Of a stretch of DNA of 64,000 nucleotides, positions 49,396 through 58,592 are shown one piece after another. Below the pieces are notes generated by a model. The model was given only the letters and a program-made list of their open reading frames with translations. It had not been told where the DNA came from and made no database searches. The stretch lies in the NCBI GenBank assembly GCA_965368975.1, contig CBDUPA010000006.1, forward strand, positions 1 to 64,000. Direction: 5' to 3'. Source of the DNA: an uncultured bacterium (lineage in GTDB: Bacteria > Acidobacteriota > Thermoanaerobaculia > Multivoradales > JAHZIX01). A program made the position numbers and the translations under genes. How positions within the stretch are numbered: position 1 is the stretch's first letter; each line of letters begins with the position of its first letter.

Positions 49396-50502
49396 TCAGG
49401 AAGAGCGCCGGTAGGCCATCGCCTCGGCGACGCGCTGCTTGGCCAGGGCCATCGCGGCTTCGTACGGCATCTGCTTGTGGCTGCGCGCCAGCTCCAGCAC
49501 CTCGCGCGTGTTCTCGCTGATCTTCTCTTCGATCGTCTCGAAGGCGCGACGCTGCGTGCCGCCGTGGAACTCGACGGAAGCGCAGATGACGCCGCCGGCG
49601 TTGGCCACGATGTCGGGTACGGACAGGATGCCGCGGCCGTGGACGATGCGCTCGGCCTTGGAAGTGACGGGGATGTTGGCGCCCTGCAGGATCATCTTGC
49701 ACTGCAAGTGGGCGACATTGGTTTCGTCAATCACGTCGGGTCGAGCGGCAGGTACCAGGATGTCGCACGGAATGCTGATGAAGGCGCCCCGGTCGAATTT
49801 TTCGGGAGCGTCGTAGTCGGTGACGCGGCCGGTCTCGGCCTTGATCTCGATCAGCTTGTCAATGTCGATACCGTTTGGATCGTGGATCGTGCCGTCGAGG
49901 TCGCTGGCGGCCACCAGCACGGCACCGCGTTGGGCCAGGTAGCGGGCGGCGTGCGAGCCGACGTTGCCGAAGCCCTGGATCACGACGCGTGCACCCTCCA
50001 TCTCGAAGTCGCAGTATTCCTGCGCCACTTCGGCGCAGATCGCCAGACCGTAGCCGGTAGCGCCGATCTGGTCGAGCGGAATCCCTCCCAGCACTTTGGA
50101 GAGGCCGACCGAGCGACCGATCTCGTCGCGGATCCAGCCCATGGCGACTTCGTCTGTTCCCATGTCGGGTCCCGGGATGTAGCCGGTCAGGTTCTTGATC
50201 GCGCGCGCGAACTGGCGGATCAGGGTTTCTTTGTTGGGCACGTCCGGTGCCGCCAGGATGCCCGACTTGCCGCCGCCGTGTGGCAGGCCGGCGAGAGCGT
50301 TCTTCCAGGTCATGGCACGGGCGAGTCGGAAGACCTCGTTGGTGGTGACGTCCGGGGCCATGCGGATGCCGCCGATACCCGGGCCAGCGGCGGTGTTGTC
50401 GACCACGACGATGCCTCGGAGGCCGCAGCGTGGCTCATAGATGTAAACGACTTTTTCGGGGCCGTATTCGTCAGCGAAGGCCTCGAATACCATCTCGCTC
50501 AT
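49396..50502 (-). CDS. Glu/Leu/Phe/Val dehydrogenase family protein
   Basis: GPGIGGIR, LARAMTWKNA, GGGKS, PGPDMGT, ATGYG, IQGFGNVG and PDIVANAGGV motifs. Start placed at MSEMVF (GGAG RBS) rather than the ORF-track start. Confidence 0.93.
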   Translation of the reverse strand: MSEMVFEAFADEYGPEKVVYIYEPRCGLRGIVVVDNTAAGPGIGGIRMAPDVTTNEVFRLARAMTWKNALAGLPHGGGKSGILAAPDVPNKETLIRQFARAIKNLTGYIPGPDMGTDEVAMGWIRDEIGRSVGLSKVLGGIPLDQIGATGYGLAICAEVAQEYCDFEMEGARVVIQGFGNVGSHAARYLAQRGAVLVAASDLDGTIHDPNGIDIDKLIEIKAETGRVTDYDAPEKFDRGAFISIPCDILVPAARPDVIDETNVAHLQCKMILQGANIPVTSKAERIVHGRGILSVPDIVANAGGVICASVEFHGGTQRRAFETIEEKISENTREVLELARSHKQMPYEAAMALAKQRVAEAMAYRRSS

Positions 50503-50729
50503 CAGTTGCTCCAGTTCGATAGCAGGTCGGCAAGAAAGTCCGTGGGTGTCGAGGAGGCAGGAGAAACCAAGGTAAACCTCTACTTGCAAAGTATATCCAA
50601 GATCCTTGCCTCAACGGTGCGGTGGGTTCATTCGTTAAAGGGAGTGACCGTAACGGTGCTCGAGGATCGCGACCCTCTTCCTTCCTTCCGACAACCTCCC
50701 GAGACGAACTCTCGAGCAAGGAGAGAACT

Positions 50730-51563
50730 ATGAGACTCACTCTGTCTTCCGTGACGACGGTCGCTTCCCATTTCCTGGTGGCTGCGCTTCTCGTGTCGAC
50801 GGCGATGCCCGTGCACGCTACCGACGAGGTGAACCAGCTGCACCGCCTCGACCACCTCGACGAAAGCTCCGCTGAAGCCCTGGTGCTGGACTTCTGTGAT
50901 GGCTTGCCCATGGGTGTCGTCTGCAACATCCGCGAGACGACTCCCAGCCAGATCTTGGTAACCGCCAAGCCAGAGCAGCAGGCGCGCATTCGCCGCCTGC
51001 TCGGAGAGCACGACATCGTGCGCACTCGCACGTTCCAGGTCGTGGTGGTGCGCGCTTCGGCTGCCAGCGGCGAAGGAATCGCTGCGGACGTACCCGCCAA
51101 TGTGCACGCTGCTCTGCAGGGCCTGACCGAGCTGCTGCCGTTCGGTGGCTTCGAGCTGGTCGATGCCGGTGTGCTCAACACGACCCACGAGGGAACGATC
51201 CGGCTGGCGGGCTCGGACGGTGAGACCTACCGTGCGTCTCTGAACTTTCACAACCATGGTGAGCAGGTCCTGGTCCGCGAGTTTCAGATGAGCGCCTATT
51301 TCCAAGACCGACCTTCCGCGAGCGCGCCTTCCGCGGCGGCGAACTACTCGCTGGCTGGTGCGAATGGTGCGACGACGGCGTCCACCAATTCGAGCGACAC
51401 CTCGCGATCTTCGCAGCGGGTCCGGCAACGGGTTGTTTCGACCAATCTGGGCCTGCAGCTGGGACAGACGATGGTCGTGGGTACCGCCAAGCTGGGTAGT
51501 GCAGACGAGCCGCTGGTGGTCTTGCTCACGGCTCTGCCGGAAGTTCCTTCAGGGACTCGGTAG
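50730..51563 (+). CDS. Hypothetical exported protein (weak secretin/NolW-like appearance)
   Basis: AGGAGAG RBS before ATG 50730, signal peptide, beta-rich body with an S/T-rich insert. Confidence 0.6.
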   Translation: MRLTLSSVTTVASHFLVAALLVSTAMPVHATDEVNQLHRLDHLDESSAEALVLDFCDGLPMGVVCNIRETTPSQILVTAKPEQQARIRRLLGEHDIVRTRTFQVVVVRASAASGEGIAADVPANVHAALQGLTELLPFGGFELVDAGVLNTTHEGTIRLAGSDGETYRASLNFHNHGEQVLVREFQMSAYFQDRPSASAPSAAANYSLAGANGATTASTNSSDTSRSSQRVRQRVVSTNLGLQLGQTMVVGTAKLGSADEPLVVLLTALPEVPSGTR

Positions 51564-52629
51564 ACCCTGTCGTCAAGGCCTGCTCGAGGGCCTCGAACGG
51601 CTCCGTCTCATTCGAGGTCACGACCCGCCGGATCACCTCGACGACCGCCCGCGGCTGCCCGTCGTGGGCGGTCCAGAGGCGGTCGAGGAGGTCGAGCCGC
51701 TGGCGGTAGATGCGGGCAGCGACGACGCTGGCGTTGTTGAGTGGCTGCACGGCGAGCTGTGGGCCGTCATAGACTTCGAACTCCTCGGCCAAGGCACCTC
51801 CGAGCTCGATGCGTGCGGTGTCGAAGGCTTGCCGGCGTTGCGTGTCGAGATCCGCGGAGGCCGACGCGTAGAGTGTGGTGAGACGTCCCGCCAGCCGTTG
51901 GTAGAAGTCGGCCAAGCGCTGCTCGTCGCGCCACCAGCCGGCAGCGCGCGCCGCGAGCTCGGGTTCGCCGCGCAGGCGGAAGAAGAGTTCAGCTCCGCGC
52001 AAGCCGATCAGCTGTGCGTAGCTCTCGTTGAACCCGACGTGGTCGGGCACCCATAGCGAGTTGTGTGAGATCTCGTGCAGCACCGTCGACACCAGGGTGA
52101 CGGGGTCGTCGCTGAGCGCCGTCGATAACAGCGGGTCGGGGAACCAGCCGAGGGTGGAGAAGGCGGAGGCCGTGCGTACGTAGGTGTCCAGGCCGCGCGC
52201 TTGCAGCCGTTCGGCCTCGCGGCGGGCTGCGGCCTGATCGAAGAAGCCTTTGTAGGGAACCGCACCGACGACCGGATACCACCAAGAGTAGGCCTCCAAC
52301 CGGTCGCGTGGACTGGCGGAGACGACCCACAGCAGCGGACCGTCACCGATCTCCGAGAAGGTCGTGTAGGTGTTGCCAGCCTCGAGACCGCGCTGTGCGG
52401 CGAACTCTCGAGCTTGGCGCACCCATTCCAATTGCTCGCGCCGTGCGGCTGGCAGCCGGGGGTCGCCGAGTACCGCGTCGAGGGGCCGCCGGTGCGCCAG
52501 GATGCGGGCTTCCTGCCAGGCGGCGTGCAGCACGAAGCGCGCTTCCCGGCTGACGGCAAGAGTCAGCAGCAGCAAGACGAGGACGGCGAGGACGGCACGG
52601 TGGAACAGCTTGCGGCGCTTCGGTGTCAT
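51526..52629 (-). CDS. Putative zinc aminopeptidase (DUF2265-like)
   Basis: WWYPVVGAVPYKGFF, AFSTLGWFPDP, HEISH (HExxH), FNES; N-terminal anchor. Confidence 0.85.
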   Translation of the reverse strand: MTPKRRKLFHRAVLAVLVLLLLTLAVSREARFVLHAAWQEARILAHRRPLDAVLGDPRLPAARREQLEWVRQAREFAAQRGLEAGNTYTTFSEIGDGPLLWVVSASPRDRLEAYSWWYPVVGAVPYKGFFDQAAARREAERLQARGLDTYVRTASAFSTLGWFPDPLLSTALSDDPVTLVSTVLHEISHNSLWVPDHVGFNESYAQLIGLRGAELFFRLRGEPELAARAAGWWRDEQRLADFYQRLAGRLTTLYASASADLDTQRRQAFDTARIELGGALAEEFEVYDGPQLAVQPLNNASVVAARIYRQRLDLLDRLWTAHDGQPRAVVEVIRRVVTSNETEPFEALEQALTTGSTESLKELPAEP

Positions 52630-52721
52630 GGGTCGTAGGTCAGTGTGTTGGAAATTGAAGGTTCATGACAACATCGACCGCATGGCGATCTGGCTGAGCA
52701 ATTCTGTTAGCGTAACGCTCT

Positions 52722-54032
52722 ATGGAGATCGAGCTCAAACCTTGTTTTGCCGACCCGGTCCTGAACGTCATGAACTTCCTCAACGAGGTGGTTCTACGCT
52801 ATCCGGAGGCCATTTCCTTTGCGCCCGGGCGGCCGGCGGAAAGTTTCTTCGACGTCGAAGCCAGCTTGGACGAGATCGGTCGCTTCGTCGATCATCGCTG
52901 TGAGCAGCTCGGCTGGTCGCGGCCGCGGGTGCTCGGTGATCTGGGGCAGTACAACAAGACCAACGGGATTATCAACGATCTGATCGCCCGTCACCTGGAG
53001 CTGGACGAGAACATCCGCATCCGGCCGGAGGCGGTGGTCGTCACCTGCGGTTGCCAGGAAGGGATGAACGTCTTGCTGGCGGCTTTGTTCGAGCCGGGCC
53101 GCGACGTGCTGCTATCCAGCGACCCGACGTACATCGGAATCACGGGGCTGGCGGATATCTTGGGTATCGAAGTGGTACCGGTACGGGCGGGCGATCACGG
53201 TGTCGAGCCCGACGTACTGGCCGCCGCCGTCGAGCAGGTGCGTCGCGCCGGCAAGCGACCGCGGGCCTTTTACGACGTGCCGGACTTCAACAATCCGATG
53301 GGAACCAGCATGCCGCTGCCAGCCCGCCACGCGATTCTGAAGCTGGCGCACAGCGAGGACATGCTGATCTTCGAGGACAACCCGTACGGCATGTTCGCCT
53401 ACGATGGCGAGCCGCAGCCGACGCTCAAATCACTCGACGAGCACGGCGTCGTGATCTACATGGGGACCTTTTCGAAGACGCTCTTCCCGGGCTTGCGGGT
53501 CGGCTATCTCGTTGCCGATCAGGCGGCACGTGTGAACACGCACGGGGAGGAGGCGCTTGGCGACGCTCAGGTGCTGGCGGCGGAGCTCTCCAAGGTCAAG
53601 AGCCTGACGTCGGTGACCACCTCGCCACTGCTGCAGGCGATGGTCGGCGGCACCCTGCTGCGCACCGGTGGTTCGCTGCAGGCGTTGATGGGTGACAAGA
53701 TCGCGCACTATAAGAAGAACCGCGACAGCATGTTGAGCGCCCTGGAACGGCACCTGGGAGGTGTCGAAGGTGTGCGCTGGAATCGCCCCGCGGGTGGTTT
53801 CTTTCTCACGGTCTATCTGCCGTTCGTCTTCGACGAGCGTTGCCTGCGGCGGTGCGCGGAGGAGTTCGGTGTGATTGTGTGCCCGATGTCTGACTTCGCT
53901 CGGACAGAGGGTTGTGAGCGAATGATTCGTCTGTCGTTCAGCTATGTGACGCCGGAACAGATTGAAGCAGGAATCGAACGTCTGTCGCGCTTTGTGCGCG
54001 GCACGGTCCAAGACGGAAACTCTCGGGACTGA
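52722..54032 (+). CDS. PLP-dependent class I aminotransferase, HpgT/(di)hydroxyphenylglycine transaminase-like
   Basis: The N-terminus DPVLNVMNFLNEVVLRYPEAISFAPGRP..FFD and QYNKTNGII...LELDENI resemble glycopeptide HpgT as I recall it. PLP motifs PDFNNPMG, EDNPYG and GTFSKTLFPGLRVG are present. Confidence 0.82.
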   Translation: MEIELKPCFADPVLNVMNFLNEVVLRYPEAISFAPGRPAESFFDVEASLDEIGRFVDHRCEQLGWSRPRVLGDLGQYNKTNGIINDLIARHLELDENIRIRPEAVVVTCGCQEGMNVLLAALFEPGRDVLLSSDPTYIGITGLADILGIEVVPVRAGDHGVEPDVLAAAVEQVRRAGKRPRAFYDVPDFNNPMGTSMPLPARHAILKLAHSEDMLIFEDNPYGMFAYDGEPQPTLKSLDEHGVVIYMGTFSKTLFPGLRVGYLVADQAARVNTHGEEALGDAQVLAAELSKVKSLTSVTTSPLLQAMVGGTLLRTGGSLQALMGDKIAHYKKNRDSMLSALERHLGGVEGVRWNRPAGGFFLTVYLPFVFDERCLRRCAEEFGVIVCPMSDFARTEGCERMIRLSFSYVTPEQIEAGIERLSRFVRGTVQDGNSRD

Positions 54033-54065
54033 TCTCTGATCTAGAAATACTGTAGGAGGAGCCTT

Positions 54066-54572
54066 ATGTCCAATACAGCTGCATCGAGCCTGGCCAAGCA
54101 AGCGGTCAACATCGATCACGTGGCCATCGCGGTAAGAGACCTGGAAGAAGCCATCAAGTACTACCGAGACGTGATGGGATTCGAGCTGGATGGGCGGCGC
54201 GAGACGAAGGGGAAGAAGACGGCGATGATCTCAGCCGTCATGAAGGCCGGCCCGCTGACGTTTGTGCTGATCCAGGGTACATCGCCGGAGTCGCAAGTCT
54301 CGCGTTATGTCGAAAAGTACGGCCCGGGCGTTCAGCACATCGCCATCGGCCTGGACGGTCTGCCGAGCGTGGCCGATCGACTCAAGGAAGATGGTATGGA
54401 CTTCGACACGAACGTCATCAAGGGTAATGGTCTGCTGCAGATCTTCAGCCACCGCGAGGAGAACTCCGGCATGATGTTTGAGTTTATCGAGCACGTTGAG
54501 CCAGACGGCGACTTCTCGGACGAGAGCGTCCAGAACCTGTTCGAGCAGCTGGAAGAGAAGGACGCGTTCTGA
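54066..54572 (+). CDS. VOC-family metalloenzyme resembling the isolated C-terminal catalytic domain of HPPD/HmaS
   Basis: AGGAGG RBS; IDHVAIAV, SQVSRYVEKYGPGVQHIA, LLQIFS, FEFIE, F...VQNLFEQLE (His/His/Glu triad pattern). Confidence 0.8.
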   Translation: MSNTAASSLAKQAVNIDHVAIAVRDLEEAIKYYRDVMGFELDGRRETKGKKTAMISAVMKAGPLTFVLIQGTSPESQVSRYVEKYGPGVQHIAIGLDGLPSVADRLKEDGMDFDTNVIKGNGLLQIFSHREENSGMMFEFIEHVEPDGDFSDESVQNLFEQLEEKDAF

Positions 54573-54624
54573 GGCAGGCCGATTCTGGGTAGGGCACCCA
54601 CACCGGGATGCCCCTACCGCGCAC

Positions 54625-54658
54625 CAAAAAGGGCACCCAACGTTGGGTGCCCTTTTTG
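54625..54658. terminator. Bidirectional rho-independent terminator
   Basis: Perfect 34-bp palindrome CAAAAAGGGCACCCAACGTTGGGTGCCCTTTTTG between convergent genes, with U-tracts on both strands. Confidence 0.92.
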
Positions 54659-54699
54659 CATGGTGCCGGCGTCTCGCCGGTACGTCGATTGGCTGTCGG

Positions 54700-55911
54700 T
54701 TATTGGCCGACCAGGTTGTTGACCCGGATCTTGGCTTCGCCGAGCAGGGTCTCGCCGCCCACGTCGTCGATCACGATGACCTGGACGTTGCGATCACCGT
54801 CAGTGTAGGCGGTGCTGTCCAGCACGTAGTGGAAACCCGAGACCGCGGCACTCGGATAACTGGGATAGAACTCGGCGACGGAGGGTCGCGGGAAGCCGTA
54901 GCTGGCGAAACCGGCGAGCTCGCCGTCGACGTACACCCGAATCTCGTCGATACCTTCCCAGTCGACAACCCAACCGGTGACCAGGACGTCACCGTTGTAT
55001 TGGTGGCCGTTGATCGGTTGGCCGATGCGTCCGATAGCGCCTTCGTTGTCGACGTCCTCGTCGCACAGGAAGACGACCGGGATCTCGTCGATGTTGGCGA
55101 CCTGGCCGGAAATGTCACCGGCGCGGATGGTCAGCACGTTGAAGCCGCGGACGAAGCCGTAGTCGATCAAGGCACCGATATCGAGAGCGAAGCGGAAGCC
55201 GGAGTTGGGTGAGTCTTTGAGGTTCGGGAAGCGCTCTTCGATGTCCAGGCGCGTCAGGCCGAGGCAGTCGGTCAGGCCGCCGGTCTCGTCAGCGAAGTAG
55301 CAGCCGGTGCGCGTGTTGGCGATGATCGAGCCGTTGATCAGCAGTTCGACGTACCCCATCCCCTCGTCCCCCGTCTCGATGCCGGCATCCAGCGCCCAAC
55401 CGTTGACGATCGAGTAGCGGCGGTCGGGGTCGGTGACGTCGCAGGTGCCGAACAGCTGCGCGTCCTCGTTGGGGAAGTCGATGCGGCCGAACGGCACCAA
55501 CGTATGAACGGTGTTGGTGAATTCGAGCGTCTTGGCACGCAGAAACCGCTCTTCACCACTGTTGGTGATCACGCGCGGTCGCACTTCGTGCAGGCCGTTG
55601 TTGTAGCGCGTGGTGTCGAGACGGAACGCGAAGCCGGCGTTGGCCGAGTCCGGATAACCGGGAAAGCGGTTCTCGACGTCCGGGCGGCTGCGGCCGTAGC
55701 GTGCACGGCCGACGGAGACGCCGTCGACGAAGATGTCGACCCGCCGGACGCCGTCGTCGTCGAGGGCCCAGCCGTGGAGAGCGATCACGCCTCCGCCCGC
55801 GGTGGTGCCGCCGACGATGCCGCCAAAGCCTCCGCGCGGAGCCTCGGCCAGTCCGGGACTGGCGACCAGCAGGGTGAGGATGGTCAGGGTGAGCAGGATG
55901 GGTTGCCTCAT
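54700..55911 (-). CDS. Secreted protein with three Ig-like GWALD/GWVVD repeats
   Basis: Signal peptide; repeated units G.I..P...GW[AV][LV]D..G...V...[VI][DN]G...R.[DS][VI]...P.....GF...LD. Confidence 0.75.
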   Translation of the reverse strand: MRQPILLTLTILTLLVASPGLAEAPRGGFGGIVGGTTAGGGVIALHGWALDDDGVRRVDIFVDGVSVGRARYGRSRPDVENRFPGYPDSANAGFAFRLDTTRYNNGLHEVRPRVITNSGEERFLRAKTLEFTNTVHTLVPFGRIDFPNEDAQLFGTCDVTDPDRRYSIVNGWALDAGIETGDEGMGYVELLINGSIIANTRTGCYFADETGGLTDCLGLTRLDIEERFPNLKDSPNSGFRFALDIGALIDYGFVRGFNVLTIRAGDISGQVANIDEIPVVFLCDEDVDNEGAIGRIGQPINGHQYNGDVLVTGWVVDWEGIDEIRVYVDGELAGFASYGFPRPSVAEFYPSYPSAAVSGFHYVLDSTAYTDGDRNVQVIVIDDVGGETLLGEAKIRVNNLVGQ

Positions 55912-56078
55912 TTTGGTTCCCTTTTCCGAATTATCTTCCGCGGGAGGGGCTTCGAGTCGAAATTCGCGAGGATACTTTATCGTTTTCTATGCGTCAGGGT
56001 CAATAAGCCTTCATGACATTTCCGCATTTTCCGTCGCGGAATGCCCTGGAATCAGGTGTTGGCTGGTCACGGTGGCGG

Positions 56079-57071
56079 TCAGTTGCCTTGCAGACCTGTA
56101 GAACAGCCATCGAGATAGCGGCAGACAAGGTCGGGCAAGCGGGCGACGTCGTAGCCGCCTTCCAGCACCGACAACAGCCGTCCCGAGCAGGTCTGGCGCG
56201 CCAGCTTGGCGACCGCATAGCCGAGCTGTTCGAAAGCGTCGAGGCTGACGCGCAGGCCACCCAGCGGGTCTTCGTCCCACGCGTCGAAGCCGGCGGACAG
56301 GATCAGTGCCTCCGGCGCAAAGGCCTCGAGGCCCGGCAAGATGCGCTCATCGAGGGCTTCGAAGAACGCCTCGTCGCCGTCACCCGCGCGGAGCGGTACA
56401 TTGAGGGTCGTGCCGACTCCGTCACCGCGGCCGCGCTCTTCAGCCAGGCCAGTACCGGGGTAGAAGGGGTGCTGGTGCGTGCTGGCGTAGAAGACGTCGC
56501 CCCGGTTTTCGAACAGGTGCTGGGTGCCGTTGCCGTGGTGGACGTCGAAGTCGAAGATGGCGATCCGTTGCAGACCGTGCTGGCGCCGCAGGTGCTCGGC
56601 CGCGACGGCGGCGTTGTTGAAGAAGCAGAAGCCCATGGCGAGAGCCTTTTCGGCGTGGTGGCCGGGAGGGCGCACGGCGGCGAAGGCGTGCCGTGGGGGA
56701 GCTTCAGGGGTGGTGTCGGCAGCGCACCTGTTGGCAGCGCACATGTCGGCAGCAGAGAGGGCCGTTTCGACGGCACCCCAGGCGGCCTCCCAGGTGTGGG
56801 GACAGAGCGGATTGTCCGCCGAATCCAGCAGGCTGTCACCCCGCTCGACAGCTCGTTCGAAACGCTCGACGTAAGCCGGGTCGTGCACCTGCTCGACGCG
56901 TTCGCGTGCCTGTGGGTGGCTGCACGTCTCTTGCAAGCCCCAGCCCCGCTCGCTGGCCCGCGCGCGCAGCGTCTGCAGGATGTTGTGCAGACGGTCGGGA
57001 CGCTCCGGATAGCCGGGGGTGTCGTGCAGCAAGCAGCGAGGGTCGGTGAAGATGTGGGTCGAGACGGTCAT
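56079..57071 (-). CDS. Histone deacetylase-family (Zn-dependent) amidohydrolase
   Basis: PERPDRL, RPPGHHA, GFCFFNN, DFDVHHGNGT, SAGFD, LEGGY. Confidence 0.95.
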   Translation of the reverse strand: MTVSTHIFTDPRCLLHDTPGYPERPDRLHNILQTLRARASERGWGLQETCSHPQARERVEQVHDPAYVERFERAVERGDSLLDSADNPLCPHTWEAAWGAVETALSAADMCAANRCAADTTPEAPPRHAFAAVRPPGHHAEKALAMGFCFFNNAAVAAEHLRRQHGLQRIAIFDFDVHHGNGTQHLFENRGDVFYASTHQHPFYPGTGLAEERGRGDGVGTTLNVPLRAGDGDEAFFEALDERILPGLEAFAPEALILSAGFDAWDEDPLGGLRVSLDAFEQLGYAVAKLARQTCSGRLLSVLEGGYDVARLPDLVCRYLDGCSTGLQGN

Positions 57072-57154
57072 GATATTGCCATGCTATCCCAGACACACGA
57101 AGGGCGGAGTCCGAAGACTCCGCCCACAGTGACAAACGGACTCGGCCGATCAGC

Positions 57155-58531
57155 TCAGCCGCGCGGCACGCGGGTCTGGCGGCTCGGTCCTTCGGGTTCC
57201 GGTGTCGGTGCCGGTTGCGGAGCCTGGACATTGTCGACGCCGAGGGTCCACAGCAGGTTCTGCCAGCCCTTGGCCGAGATCTTGGCCTGGGCCGCCTGCG
57301 CCGCCGTCACCGGCAGAGCGCCACCGCCACCACCGGCGCCACCGAAGATGAACGGGGCCAGGTTGACGTAGGGGATGTCGTCCTGGAAGGTGGCGTTGAT
57401 GGCGTCGATGAACTCGTTGGCGATGTAGGCGTAGCCGAAGCTGGTCGGGTGCACGCCGTCGTACGAGAACACGCCGCCGGTCAGGAAGTCGGTACCGAAG
57501 TCGACACCGCCGACGATGATGCCTTCCGTCTGCAACTCGGTGAGAATCGAGTTGATGTCGACGAAGGCGGCACCGAGCTGGTTGGCCGTGGCGGCGATGA
57601 TCGAGTTGTAGGCATTGACACGGTCGGCGATGATCGCCTTCTCGTTAGCGTCCAGGATCACCTGGTCCGGCAGCGGCAGGCCGGTACCGCCCAGTTGCGC
57701 GGGGATACCGATGCCCTGGCCGAGCAGGGTAGTTGCAGGTAGCAGGACCGAGTCGGCGAGGCTGAGCGGGCCGTTGGGACCGATCAGCGGCACTGGCGCG
57801 CCGCCCACCAGTACCGGCTCGTTGGTGGCCGGGTTGACCACCACCGGCGGCACCGTGGTGACGTAGGGGATGCTGGTGACGTTGGGCAGGTTGGCCAACA
57901 CCATACGGGCGCCGGTCGAAGCCAGGGCGCCGGCGATGGTCGCGTACTTGGCCTGGAACTCGGCGGCCGGAGTGATGGTGACGCCTTCGATCACCAGGCC
58001 AGAGGTGGCAGCACCCAGGACATCGTTGTTGCCAATCCACAGCGACACGAAGGTCGGTTGCAGGAAGATGCCCTGCTCCAGCTGCGTGCCGAGGCCGCGC
58101 AGGACCAAGTCGTGCAGGCCGCCGTCGCTGACAGTGCTCAGCACGTCATTGACGTCCGCGCCGGGCACCGCCAGGTTGTTGTAGGGGCGCTGCAGGAACA
58201 GGTTGAGCGGTTGTCCGGAGCCGGCAGGGACGGTGAAGCTCACGCCCGGCACCAGGGTGGCCAGCTGCAGCGGCGCCGGGATGCCCGGCGGGCTGATCAG
58301 GGGTTGCTCGAACGGGATCACGCCGTTGGTCGCCTGCTGGCTGAGCAGAGCCGGATAGCTGTTGGCCTGCACGGTGTTGACCCAGCCGCTGCTGGAGAAG
58401 CCAGCGGTCAGGCTGTCGCCGATCGCGACATAGCGCGTCATGTCCACCTGAGCGGTCAGGGGGAGCGTGGTAAGCAGCGCGGCCAGCAGCAAGACGGCGC
58501 TGGCGGGCACGCTGAGGGTGGAACGTTTCAT
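57155..58531 (-). CDS. Secreted SGNH/GDSL lipase/esterase
   Basis: GDSLTAG, NLAVPG, WIGNND, DGVHP motifs; GGAGG RBS before ATG 58531; signal peptide. Confidence 0.92.
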   Translation of the reverse strand: MKRSTLSVPASAVLLLAALLTTLPLTAQVDMTRYVAIGDSLTAGFSSSGWVNTVQANSYPALLSQQATNGVIPFEQPLISPPGIPAPLQLATLVPGVSFTVPAGSGQPLNLFLQRPYNNLAVPGADVNDVLSTVSDGGLHDLVLRGLGTQLEQGIFLQPTFVSLWIGNNDVLGAATSGLVIEGVTITPAAEFQAKYATIAGALASTGARMVLANLPNVTSIPYVTTVPPVVVNPATNEPVLVGGAPVPLIGPNGPLSLADSVLLPATTLLGQGIGIPAQLGGTGLPLPDQVILDANEKAIIADRVNAYNSIIAATANQLGAAFVDINSILTELQTEGIIVGGVDFGTDFLTGGVFSYDGVHPTSFGYAYIANEFIDAINATFQDDIPYVNLAPFIFGGAGGGGGALPVTAAQAAQAKISAKGWQNLLWTLGVDNVQAPQPAPTPEPEGPSRQTRVPRG

Positions 58532-58592
58532 ACTTCCTCCGTACGGTCTTTTCACGTCTTGAACTCTTCGAATCGTGAGGCGTGTGCGCGGC

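Noticed and set aside
54570-54620. UGA stop of the VOC gene followed by a hairpin, as a second selenocysteine site
   Set aside because: The protein is complete at the stop, the hairpin loop lacks the G typical of SECIS, and read-through runs into a terminator.
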